In this document: piece by piece, positions 9,009 through 18,022 of the stretch
How positions within the stretch are numbered: position 1 is the stretch's first letter
Layout of the letters: the number at the start of each line of letters is the position of its first letter
NCBI GenBank assembly: GCA_024640685.1
Contig: JAHEEN010000004.1
Span: 1 to 45,328 of the forward strand
Origin: Rhodospirillaceae bacterium
Lineage (GTDB): Bacteria > Pseudomonadota > Gammaproteobacteria > Steroidobacterales > Rariloculaceae
Direction: 5' to 3'
DNA length: 45,328 nt
Made by a program: the position numbers and the translations under genes
The notes under the pieces: model-generated
What the model was told of the DNA's origin: nothing
Seen by the model: the letters and a program-made list of their open reading frames with translations, nothing else
Database searches by the model: none

Positions 9009-9854
9009 ATGATTCGGCGAGACTCCGCGATGAGCGTGCGGCGCTGGGCGGTGCTGCTAGTCGCGATGTTCTTTTCGTCGGCCGAAGCGCACTTCCAGTT
9101 GCTCTACACGCCCGAGGCTGCGCTGCAGTCGTCGTCGGCCGTACCGCTCGCGCTGGTGTTCTCCCACCCGTTCAACAACGGCTACACGATGGACATGGGC
9201 GCGCCCGAGGAGTTCTATGTCGTCAGCCAGCGCGGTGCCGAAGCGCCTCGTCGAACGACGGACCTGATGGAGTTTCTCGAGCCGGTCACGTGGTCGGGGG
9301 TCGAGACTCAGGCCGCTGCATTCATAGCAAACCCGCCGCGGCGGGTGACCCGGTCATTGGGGGACTACACCTATGTGTTGAGGCCTGCGCCGTACTATGA
9401 GGCCGGGGAAGACAAGTACATTCAGCAGGTCACGAAGACCGTCATTAACGTCGGTGGCTTGCCCGGCGCGTGGGACGAGCCGCTCGGATTGCCGGTGGAG
9501 ATCGTGCCGCTAGACAAGCCTTACGCGAATTGGGTCGGCGGCGTATTCCGAGCGGTCGTGACCGCTGGTGGGCAGCCGGTACCGCACGCGGAGGTCGAGA
9601 TCGAGTATCTGAACCACGAGCCGCAGATCGATGCGCGGCGTTTCGACTCCGACGGGAAAGTCACGGCGCCGCAGGATTCGTTCATCACGTTGAGCATTCG
9701 CGCCGATGCGAACGGCCAGGTCATGATCGGCTTGCCGAAGGCTGGCTGGTGGGGCATCTGCGCGCTCGACCTGGACGACGGACTCGAGCACGACGGCAAA
9801 GAGTTGTCGCTCGATGCCGTGCTTTGGGTCCAGGCCAAGGACATGGTGCGCTGA
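9009..9854 (+). CDS. DUF4198 domain periplasmic metal-uptake protein
   Basis: AHFQLLY, F.HPF, PAPYYE..EDKYIQQ.TK, EIVPL.KPY and GWWG motifs. Alternative start at 9030. Confidence 0.85.
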   Translation: MIRRDSAMSVRRWAVLLVAMFFSSAEAHFQLLYTPEAALQSSSAVPLALVFSHPFNNGYTMDMGAPEEFYVVSQRGAEAPRRTTDLMEFLEPVTWSGVETQAAAFIANPPRRVTRSLGDYTYVLRPAPYYEAGEDKYIQQVTKTVINVGGLPGAWDEPLGLPVEIVPLDKPYANWVGGVFRAVVTAGGQPVPHAEVEIEYLNHEPQIDARRFDSDGKVTAPQDSFITLSIRADANGQVMIGLPKAGWWGICALDLDDGLEHDGKELSLDAVLWVQAKDMVR

Positions 9855-9864
9855 CGGTTCCGAT

Positions 9865-10512
9865 ATGAATGCCGTGACGACGTATGAGGTGCGACCCGCC
9901 GGCAGTCGCTACGAAGGTGCGGTCATATTGCTCGTGACGATCGCGGTCGTCGCAGTGCTGGCCCTCTACGTTCGCGAGCAAGGACGGTCCGATGACGTCG
10001 AGGAGATATTCGAGTGGCAGGTCAGCGCGTTCGCGACGCTGACGGGCGCCGATCAGGCGATCTACAACTCGCTGTACACAGTCGCCGAAGAGATTCCATA
10101 CATCTACGACGACATCAACTTCTCGAATGCACCCGGCGAGAAATTCCGATGGCCGTCGATCGAGGACTTTCAGTATTATCTGCTGCCGCCGTTTTACAAG
10201 GACACGAGTTGGGAGCAGAACGGCTCGCTGCAGTGGTCGCTGTATGAGCCGTTGCCCGAGGGCGAAATGCAGGGCTCGACGCTCTATCTCGGCACTGACG
10301 GGCAGCTACCGGGCCAAGGCTCTTTTCTGCTCGTCATCGGTCACGTCCATGCTGGGTTTACGAACAACAACGCGATCGTGATCTGGTGGAACGAGGCCAA
10401 CCACGTCGAGATGCCGGAGAGCGGGTTCCAGGACGGGCTGATACTGCGTGGCTGGCGCGAAGTCGTGCCGTATAGCGGCGAGCAGGAAGTCGATCGAATT
10501 TATGGGGAGTAG
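9865..10512 (+). CDS. DUF6162 family membrane-anchored protein, FpvK-like
   Basis: VRPAG...E followed by a TM segment. DQAIY..L....EI, WP.I..F...LLPPF.KD and L...GWREV motifs. Confidence 0.7.
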   Translation: MNAVTTYEVRPAGSRYEGAVILLVTIAVVAVLALYVREQGRSDDVEEIFEWQVSAFATLTGADQAIYNSLYTVAEEIPYIYDDINFSNAPGEKFRWPSIEDFQYYLLPPFYKDTSWEQNGSLQWSLYEPLPEGEMQGSTLYLGTDGQLPGQGSFLLVIGHVHAGFTNNNAIVIWWNEANHVEMPESGFQDGLILRGWREVVPYSGEQEVDRIYGE

Positions 10513-10515
10513 GGC

Positions 10516-11439
10516 ATGCGTCTGTCGGATCTAATACAGCGACCGTTGCTTGGTCTTGTAACGATCGTGCTCGCGTTTGCGGCCGGCGCCGCCGACGCGG
10601 CCGGCTTGAAAATCGGCATCACGCTGCATCCGTACTATAGCTTCGTCGCCAATATCGTCGGCGATCGCGCCGAGATCGTCCCGTTGATCGACGCCAACGC
10701 GAATCCCCACGGCTATGCGCCGCAGCCGAACGACATGATCCGGATGACGACGATGGACGTGTTGATCGTCAACGGCATCGGCCACGACGCGTGGGCATTC
10801 GAGATTCTCGATGCGGCCGGCGTCGCTGACACGCTGCAGCTGATCTACGCGAACGATGGCGTTTCTCTGATCCCGATTGCCGGCGATCCGAGCGGCGAGA
10901 AGATCGTCAACCCGCATACGTTCATCTCGACGACTGCGGCGATTCAACAGGTGTACACGATTGCCCGGCAGCTCGGCGAACGCGATCCGGACAACGCGAC
11001 GTATTTCCGTAACAACGCACGCCGTTACGCGCTCGAGATTCGGCGCTTACGCTCGGAGTTCGACGAGAAAGTCGTCGGCGTCAATCTGTCCAACTTCCGT
11101 TGTGCGACGATGCACAGCGGCTACGACTACATTTTGCAGGAGCTGGGCTTGCAAGTGACGGCGGTCATCGAGCCGCGCCACGGCGTCGAGCCGTCGGCGC
11201 GCCAGCTCGCCGATACGATCGATAGAATCGAGGCCGCCGACGTCAACGTGTTGTTCGCCGAGAAGTACTTCGCAAGCCGGCTGTCCGACACGATTCGCGA
11301 GGCGACCGGCGTCAACATGTATTCGATCTCACATATCAGCAGCGGCGAGTACACGGCCGAGAAGTTCGTCTCGGAAATGCGCGAGAACTTGGGGACGTTA
11401 GCCCGTGCGATCACCGACACGGCTGATGCTAGCCGTTGA
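10516..11439 (+). CDS. Metal ABC transporter substrate-binding protein (cluster A-I, FpvC-like)
   Basis: GITLHPYYS, NPHGYAPQP, NGIGHD, NPHTF and MHSGYDY motifs. Confidence 0.9.
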   Translation: MRLSDLIQRPLLGLVTIVLAFAAGAADAAGLKIGITLHPYYSFVANIVGDRAEIVPLIDANANPHGYAPQPNDMIRMTTMDVLIVNGIGHDAWAFEILDAAGVADTLQLIYANDGVSLIPIAGDPSGEKIVNPHTFISTTAAIQQVYTIARQLGERDPDNATYFRNNARRYALEIRRLRSEFDEKVVGVNLSNFRCATMHSGYDYILQELGLQVTAVIEPRHGVEPSARQLADTIDRIEAADVNVLFAEKYFASRLSDTIREATGVNMYSISHISSGEYTAEKFVSEMRENLGTLARAITDTADASR

Positions 11440-11446
11440 GCCACGT

Positions 11447-12178
11447 ATGAACGAACGGCGTATTCACGGTCCGGCGATCGAGCTCGACGGCGTAAGCCTA
11501 ACGCTGGGTGCGACGCGCATCCTCGAGAACGTCAGCTTCTCGGTCGCAGCCGGCAGTATCCACTGCGTCATTGGCGCGAACGGTGGCGGCAAGACGTCGC
11601 TTGTGCGTTCGATGCTCGGCCAGATGCCGCACACCGGACGAATTCAGATTCAGTGGCATGACAATCGTGTCGTTGGCTATGTGCCGCAGGTACTCGACTT
11701 CGACAAGACGTTACCGGTCACAGTCAACGATTTCATGGCGATGGCGTGTCAGCGGCGCCCGGTCTTTCTCGGTGTCTCGAAGTCGAGAAGGCAGGAGATC
11801 GACGAGGTTCTCGAGCGATTGGGTCTGGCAGGGAAGGGCCGTTACAAGCTCGGCACGTTGTCCGGCGGTGAGCGGCAGCGTGTGTTGTTCGCCCAAGCCT
11901 TGATTCCCGAGCCGGCATTGCTCGTGCTCGACGAGCCGATGACTGGACTCGACGTCGCAGGACACGATCTGATCGAACGCTCGATTGTCGAGTTCGCCCA
12001 AGCCGGCGGCACGGTCGTCTGGATCAACCACGACATCGTCCAGGTCAAGGAGATCGCCGATACCGTGACCTACGTCGATCGCGAGGTGCGGCTGCAGGGC
12101 AACGCACGGGAAGTGCTAGCGAGCGGTGTTGCGGCCGGGCTGTTCCCGAGTCTCGCAAACGCCTTGCCGGCGACGTAG
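11447..12178 (+). CDS. Metal ABC transporter ATP-binding protein (FpvD-like)
   Basis: Walker A GANGGGKTS, LSGGERQR signature, LLVLDEP and H-loop INHD. Alternative start at 11426. Confidence 0.92.
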   Translation: MNERRIHGPAIELDGVSLTLGATRILENVSFSVAAGSIHCVIGANGGGKTSLVRSMLGQMPHTGRIQIQWHDNRVVGYVPQVLDFDKTLPVTVNDFMAMACQRRPVFLGVSKSRRQEIDEVLERLGLAGKGRYKLGTLSGGERQRVLFAQALIPEPALLVLDEPMTGLDVAGHDLIERSIVEFAQAGGTVVWINHDIVQVKEIADTVTYVDREVRLQGNAREVLASGVAAGLFPSLANALPAT

Positions 12179-12193
12179 GCGCTAGAGACCGCG

Positions 12194-13099
12194 ATGGATT
12201 GGTTCTACGACATACCGCGTCAGTTCCTGATCGGCTTGGCCGATGAAGGTATTATCCATTACACGTTTTTATATGAGTTCGTCGTCAACGGGTTCCTCTG
12301 TGCGTTCGTCATTGGTCCGCTGCTGGGCGGCATCGGCACGATGGTCGTCGTCAAGCGGATGGCGTTCTTCTCGCAGGCGATCGGCAACGCTGCGCTGACC
12401 GGCGTCGCCGTTGGCGTAATCATCGGCGAATCGTATACGGCGCCGTATATGTCGATGTTCGGCTTCTGCATATTATTCGGGCTGTTGCTGAACTTCTCGA
12501 AGAACCGAACGAAGATGTCGTCGGATACGCTGATCGGCGTGTTCTTGTCGATTTCGCTAGCGATCGGCGCGACGACGCTTCTATGGGTCTCGGCGCGCGT
12601 CAATACGCACATTCTCGACACCGTGATGTTCGGCTCGATATTGACCGTCAATACGACCGACATGAACGTGTTGCTCGTCACGGCCGTATTGACGGCGCTG
12701 GTGGCGCTGCCGCTCTACAACCAGATGCTGCTCGGCAGCCTGAACCCGAGCCTCGCGCACGTGCGTGGCGTACGTGTGCACCTGCTCGAATATGTGTTCG
12801 TCTTGCTCGTGACGATATTGACGGTTGCTTGCGTCAAAATCGTAGGCGCCGTTCTTGTCGAGGCGCTACTGTTGATACCTGCAGCGGCAGCGCGCAATCT
12901 CAATCGCTCGATTCGCGGCTTCGTGCTGTGGAGCATCGCGTTTTCGACGATCAGTTGTTTGGTCGGCATTTACGCACCGATGCGCTGGGATCTGCCGGTG
13001 CCGTCGGGCGGTGCGATTATCCTGTCGGCAGCGACAATATTCTTGATCACGATGGGCATCCGCATGGTCGTGCCGCGGTTTCGCGAGGCGGCGCTTTGA
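12194..13099 (+). CDS. Metal ABC transporter permease (ABC-3 family, FpvE-like)
   Basis: VVVKRMAFFSQAIGNAALTG, FGSIL and KIVGAVLVEALLLIPAAAARN motifs. Confidence 0.92.
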   Translation: MDWFYDIPRQFLIGLADEGIIHYTFLYEFVVNGFLCAFVIGPLLGGIGTMVVVKRMAFFSQAIGNAALTGVAVGVIIGESYTAPYMSMFGFCILFGLLLNFSKNRTKMSSDTLIGVFLSISLAIGATTLLWVSARVNTHILDTVMFGSILTVNTTDMNVLLVTAVLTALVALPLYNQMLLGSLNPSLAHVRGVRVHLLEYVFVLLVTILTVACVKIVGAVLVEALLLIPAAAARNLNRSIRGFVLWSIAFSTISCLVGIYAPMRWDLPVPSGGAIILSAATIFLITMGIRMVVPRFREAAL

Positions 13100-13124
13100 C
13101 GGAGTCGGCAGAGGAGGTCTGAAA

Positions 13125-14102
13125 GTGGCAATGATGAAGCTTTCTGAGATCGTCCGGTTCGGTGTGTTTGCCGGCGCCTTGTTGTCTGCCGGTTGGGTAC
13201 GAGCGGCCGACGAGCCGACTGCGACCGTCGTGACGGGCATGCAGGCGACATACTCGCTGGCCGTCGCGCTGACGGCCGACACGCCTATCGACGTCGTCAA
13301 TGTGCCAGCCGATGGCCGGCAGTTGACGTTGCTCAGGGACTACATCGGTCGACGCATGGACAGGCTCGCTCCGACGTTCGCCGATGCGAGCGCCGTCGTA
13401 TCCGTGACGAATGCATTGCCAGGCGACCCAATCTATCGCTTTGCGCGCGAGGCTAATATCCGAATCGTCAACATCGATGCGGCGATTCCGTGGTCGCTGA
13501 CGTCACCCGGTGTCGCGTTGACGGACGCGCCGGTATCGGACGTTGCCTGGGGCGTCGACACGGACACGCCGGATGCAGCGACGAGTCCGTATTTCTGGCT
13601 CAGCATTTCGAACACGATTCGAATGGCCGACTTGATCGCACATGACTTGGCGGAGATGTTCCCCGACTCTGCGCCCGCGATTGCGCGGAATCTCGACACG
13701 TTGAAGCGCGGCCTGCTCGCGGTCAGAAACGAGTATCAGAACCGCTTGATCGAGATCGGCGATGACACGGTCTTTGCGTTGACCGGAGATTTCGTCTACT
13801 TGACGAACGACATGGGGCTTTTCGTCGATGGTTACTTCATTAAGCAGGACATTCGCTGGACCGAAGACGATCTTGCGGCACTGACACGGCATCTCGAGGA
13901 CAGTGGCATCCGCGTCGTGCTCCACAAATGGCTGCCGAGCGATGAGATTCAACAGGCGATCGCTGCGGCCGGTGCCGAGCTCGTCGTTCTCAATACGGCC
14001 GATCCTGGCCTAGTCGCCGACCGACAACTCGTTGCCGATGGCTTGCAGCAGATTCTCGAGCGCAACCTCGAGGCGTTGTTTTCGGCGCTGGCGGGCGACT
14101 AG
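13125..14102 (+). CDS. Second metal ABC substrate-binding-like protein (FpvF-like)
   Basis: GAGGAGG RBS and signal peptide. DPIYRFAR..NIRIVNIDAA.P and PYFWLS motifs. Lacks the canonical His ligands. Confidence 0.75.
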   Translation: MAMMKLSEIVRFGVFAGALLSAGWVRAADEPTATVVTGMQATYSLAVALTADTPIDVVNVPADGRQLTLLRDYIGRRMDRLAPTFADASAVVSVTNALPGDPIYRFAREANIRIVNIDAAIPWSLTSPGVALTDAPVSDVAWGVDTDTPDAATSPYFWLSISNTIRMADLIAHDLAEMFPDSAPAIARNLDTLKRGLLAVRNEYQNRLIEIGDDTVFALTGDFVYLTNDMGLFVDGYFIKQDIRWTEDDLAALTRHLEDSGIRVVLHKWLPSDEIQQAIAAAGAELVVLNTADPGLVADRQLVADGLQQILERNLEALFSALAGD

Positions 14103-14242
14103 CAGTCTGTCAAAAAAATCTCAGAGGAGTGCAGTTCAAGGCGAAAACGCTCGAGAAAGCGCAGTGTACACGCCAGTACATGAGCATTTTGAGAGCGTTT
14201 TCAACGCCGAAATGTGCCGTCTGAGATTTTTTTGACAGACTG
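14103..14242. mobile_element. 140-bp MITE-like element with perfect terminal inverted repeats and CTAG duplication
   Basis: CTAG|CAGTCTGTCAAAAAAATCTCAGA ... TCTGAGATTTTTTTGACAGACTG|CTAG. Nested internal stem GAAAACGCTC/GAGCGTTTTC. Confidence 0.8.
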
Positions 14243-15220
14243 CTAGAGCCAGCGGCGCCACTTGAAGAGGAGTGCAAGGCCGACGCCGAGCATTGCCATG
14301 ACGACGAGCGACAGGCCGAACGCAGACGAGTCCTCGGTACCCGGTAGGCCTGCGACGTTCATGCCGAGCAGACCTGTGACGAAAGTCAGCGGCAGGAAGA
14401 TTGCCGCTATGATCGACAGCAGGTAGATGCGCGAGTTCTGCTCTTGCGCAATGCGGTTCATGAGCTCCTCCTGCAGCACGATCGCGCGTTCCCTGACGAG
14501 CTCTAAGTCCTCGAGGAAACGGGTGATGCGATCCGCCTGCTCGCGCAGCGCTTCCTCCTCATGACGCGAGAACAGCGGTCCGGGATTGCGATAGAGCCGG
14601 TCTAGCGCGTCGCGTTGCGGCGCGAGGTAGCGGCGGATGGCCGCCGTTCGCCGCCGAATGGCGCCGACTTCGGTGCGCAGCGCGGTTGACTCGGCGTTTG
14701 GCGCATCGTTCTCGGTTGCCTCGACGAGATCTTCGATGCTGTCGACGATGACGCCGATGCGCTCGGCGATGAATTCGACGAGCGTTACGACGAACTCGCC
14801 TACCGTTCGCGGTCCCTGGCCGGCATCGATCGCGTCGCGAACGTCTTGAACCGAAAAGATCCGGCGGCGGCGCACCGAGATGATTCGTCCGGGCTCGATC
14901 CAGAGCCTGACGGCAACCATGTCGTCGGGACGGGCGCCGGGATTCATGTTGACGCCGCGCAGCACGAGCAGCAGGCCGCGGTCGGACGACACGGCACGCG
15001 GCCGCGTCTCGTTTGCGAGCAATGCGTCCTCGATCAGGCTATCGATATCGCTGCGATCTGAAATCCAGGCACGCGCGGCCGGGACGTTGAGATCGAGATG
15101 CAGCCAGACGACGCTATCGCGTCCGAGCGCGGCGTCTAGCGACTCGGGTTCGATAGGCTGTCCGCCGCCTCGACCGTCGAGCTCGACGGCATGCACGAAC
15201 GGTGAGTCGTTGGGCGTCAC
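14243..15220 (-). CDS. zntB: Zinc transporter ZntB (CorA family)
   Basis: WLHLD, ETRPR, LRGVNMNPGARPDDMVAVRLW, RRYLAPQRDAL and FLPLTFVTGLLGMN motifs. Confidence 0.9.
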   Translation of the reverse strand: MTPNDSPFVHAVELDGRGGGQPIEPESLDAALGRDSVVWLHLDLNVPAARAWISDRSDIDSLIEDALLANETRPRAVSSDRGLLLVLRGVNMNPGARPDDMVAVRLWIEPGRIISVRRRRIFSVQDVRDAIDAGQGPRTVGEFVVTLVEFIAERIGVIVDSIEDLVEATENDAPNAESTALRTEVGAIRRRTAAIRRYLAPQRDALDRLYRNPGPLFSRHEEEALREQADRITRFLEDLELVRERAIVLQEELMNRIAQEQNSRIYLLSIIAAIFLPLTFVTGLLGMNVAGLPGTEDSSAFGLSLVVMAMLGVGLALLFKWRRWL

Positions 15221-16116
15221 GCGTCAGTCTCGGACGTTGCCGACGTCGTGCCCAGCATCTCGACCTGTAGTGGCTGCTGCATATCGAAGTGCACGTCGCG
15301 CTGCGGGAACGCGACGACGATGTCGTTCTCCGCGAACAGCTCGGTGATACGGAACCGCAGGTCGCTTCTGATTTTGCGCAGCTCGCGCTCACCGCCAGCG
15401 TTTGCCCAGAAATAGGCGTCGAATACGAGCGCGTTGTCACCGAAGTCGTCGAAGATCACGCTCGGCTTCGGATCCTCATTGACCCCGTCGTGCTCGTCGA
15501 GCGCTTGATAGATTAATCTCTCGACACTGCGCACCGGCGACCCGTAGGCGACGCCGACGCGGACCATTGTGCGTATCTGATCGTCGATAAGCGTCCAGTT
15601 AACGACCGTGTTCTCGAGAATTGCGCTGTTGGGTACGAGCATGTGAACGCCGTCGACGCGCCGAATCTGCGTCGAGCGGACGCCGATCAGCTCGACGGTG
15701 CCTTGCGAGCCGCCGACTTCGACAAAGTCGCCTATGCGTACCGGCCGCTCGGACATCAGGATCCAGCCGCTGATGAAATTATTGATGATGTTCTGTGCGC
15801 CGAAGCCTACGCCGATTGCGACTGCACCGGAGACGAACGCGAACGCCGTCAGCGGGACGTGAAGCAAGCCCAACGCCGTGATCGCGACGATGACGAGCAG
15901 CATGTAAAACAGTACGCGGCGAACCGCGACGATTGCGTCGCGCTCCATCTGCGTTTTCTTGAGCCGTCGGCCCACGGCCCGGTCGATCCACCGGCTTACG
16001 AATATGCCGATCGTGACGAGAACTAGGACCAGCACTAACTGACTTACCGTAATGACTGCGCCGTCGCTGAGCGAGATTAGTGGGTAGTTCCAGACGGCGA
16101 GCACTCGGTCCCACAT
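15217..16116 (-). CDS. Small-conductance mechanosensitive channel (MscS family)
   Basis: GVGFGAQNIINNFISGWILMSERPVRIGD, VPNS and FPQRDVH motifs. Confidence 0.92.
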   Translation of the reverse strand: MWDRVLAVWNYPLISLSDGAVITVSQLVLVLVLVTIGIFVSRWIDRAVGRRLKKTQMERDAIVAVRRVLFYMLLVIVAITALGLLHVPLTAFAFVSGAVAIGVGFGAQNIINNFISGWILMSERPVRIGDFVEVGGSQGTVELIGVRSTQIRRVDGVHMLVPNSAILENTVVNWTLIDDQIRTMVRVGVAYGSPVRSVERLIYQALDEHDGVNEDPKPSVIFDDFGDNALVFDAYFWANAGGERELRKIRSDLRFRITELFAENDIVVAFPQRDVHFDMQQPLQVEMLGTTSATSETDA

Positions 16117-16258
16117 GGATTGACGGCCTCACTAGGCTAGCAAATGGAGGATTGGCCTTACGGCGCGGTTGCTACAATACCACCCGGGCCGTGCACAAGG
16201 CATTCCGCGTGGTTCGGCAGGGAACCACGGTACCTAAGAGCTTGACTAAGCTTTCGCA

Positions 16259-18022
16259 ATGTTTGCATTGAATACTCACCAGCCGTTAGCGCCGCGACTT
16301 GGCGCAGCCAGCGCTCCGGTGCTGGTCGCGGCCGCGTTTGTCGCCCCGATTTTCTCGGCGGATGCAGCTGTCACCATCGAGGGGCTCGAAAGCGTGTTGC
16401 TCGATAACGCGCTCGTGCACGTACGGCTCGACGAGGAACCGTGCGACGCACCGGAGTGGCGCGTTAGAGAGCTGTTCTCGCGCATCGACGAGGACGTGCG
16501 CACGGCGCTCGAAGCCTACGGGTATTACTCGCCGGGAGTGACGGCGGATCTCGAGTTCGCGGAAGCGTGCTGGGAGGTTAATGTGACCGTCGATCCCGGC
16601 GAGCCAGTGCTGTTGCGTGACGTCGAGGTTCGGCTCGAGGGTGGTGCAGTCGATGACGAGGTATTTCGAGCCGTCGTCGACGAGGCGATGCTCGAGCCCG
16701 GTGAGCCGCTCGTCCATGCGATATACGAGCAGCTCAAGCGGCGCTTGCAAACGATGGCGTTTCAGCGCGGCTATCCCGAAGCAGCATACTCTGCCAACCG
16801 CATCGACGTGTATCCGGAGATGCGCGTCGCCGACATCACGCTCGTCTTCGACTCCGGGCCACGTTATACGTTTGGAGCAATCGAGTTCAGCCAAGATGTG
16901 CTCAATCCTACGGTGCTACACGGCTACTACGAGTTTCGACGCGGAGATCCGTTCAGCAGGTTACAGCTAACGCAGCTTCACGGCGTGCTAACGGACAGCG
17001 GTTACTTCAACTCCGTCGACATCCGGCCGCTCGAAGCCGACCGCGAGGCGCGTGAAATCCCAATCTCGGTTGCGTTGACGCCGGTGCGGCGACGCGCGGT
17101 CAACTACGGTCTCGGATTTTCGACAGACACTGGGCCGCGATTCCGGTTCGGGAGTTTGAATCGTCTCGTCGACGAACGCGGCACGCAGGCAAGCATTAAC
17201 GGGCAGCTTTCGCCTGTGATATCGGAGATTTCGTATAACCGGCGTTTGCCGTATGGCGACCCTAGGACCGAGTGGCTCAGCTTTGACGTCGGCATCAAGC
17301 ATGAAGATACCGAGACTGCCCTCAGCGATACGCTCGAGGTTGGCGTTCGGCGCGTTGTCGCTCGAGGTTCCGGGTGGCAGGAAACTCACTTTGTCGATGC
17401 GGTTCTCGAGGATTTCGTCGTCGCCGACACCAAGAGCCGTTCGCGGTTGCTGATGCCGGGTATCAGCTGGCTCAAGATCGTCGCCGACAACTCGTTGCGG
17501 CCTCGAAGCGGCTATCGCCTAGGGCTCCGGCTGACCGGCGCGGACGACAACTTGGGCTCCAACGCGACGTTCGCTCAAGCCGAGGCGTCGGCGAAATGGA
17601 TCACGTCGTTCAGTAACGACACGCGGTTGCTGATGCGCTTGCGCTTAGGGTTTACGTGGCACGATGGGTTTGACATCTTGCCACCGTCGGTGCGGTTTTT
17701 CGCCGGCGGTGATAACAGTGTTCGCGGTTTTGGCTTCGAGTCACTCGGGCCGGTCGACGAAGATGGCGAGGTCATCGGTGGTGACCGTCTTGCCGTTGCG
17801 AGCGTCGAATACGAAGTGCCGTTCTCGGCTAGCTGGTCGGGCGCGATGTTCATCGACAGCGGCAGTGCGTTCGCCGGCTCGGACTTCGATTCACGTACGG
17901 GCGCCGGTTTCGGTTTGCGTTGGCAATCGCCGCTAGGGCCGATTCGATTCGATATCGCCTGGCCGGTCGACGACATCGAGAACGATCCGCGCTTGCACGT
18001 CAGCCTGGGGGCCGACCTGTGA
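16259..18022 (+). CDS. tamA: Autotransporter assembly complex protein TamA
   Basis: POTRA-like N-terminus, RFFAGGDNSVRGF and WQSPLGPIRFDIA..LHVSLGADL motifs. Confidence 0.92.
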   Translation: MFALNTHQPLAPRLGAASAPVLVAAAFVAPIFSADAAVTIEGLESVLLDNALVHVRLDEEPCDAPEWRVRELFSRIDEDVRTALEAYGYYSPGVTADLEFAEACWEVNVTVDPGEPVLLRDVEVRLEGGAVDDEVFRAVVDEAMLEPGEPLVHAIYEQLKRRLQTMAFQRGYPEAAYSANRIDVYPEMRVADITLVFDSGPRYTFGAIEFSQDVLNPTVLHGYYEFRRGDPFSRLQLTQLHGVLTDSGYFNSVDIRPLEADREAREIPISVALTPVRRRAVNYGLGFSTDTGPRFRFGSLNRLVDERGTQASINGQLSPVISEISYNRRLPYGDPRTEWLSFDVGIKHEDTETALSDTLEVGVRRVVARGSGWQETHFVDAVLEDFVVADTKSRSRLLMPGISWLKIVADNSLRPRSGYRLGLRLTGADDNLGSNATFAQAEASAKWITSFSNDTRLLMRLRLGFTWHDGFDILPPSVRFFAGGDNSVRGFGFESLGPVDEDGEVIGGDRLAVASVEYEVPFSASWSGAMFIDSGSAFAGSDFDSRTGAGFGLRWQSPLGPIRFDIAWPVDDIENDPRLHVSLGADL

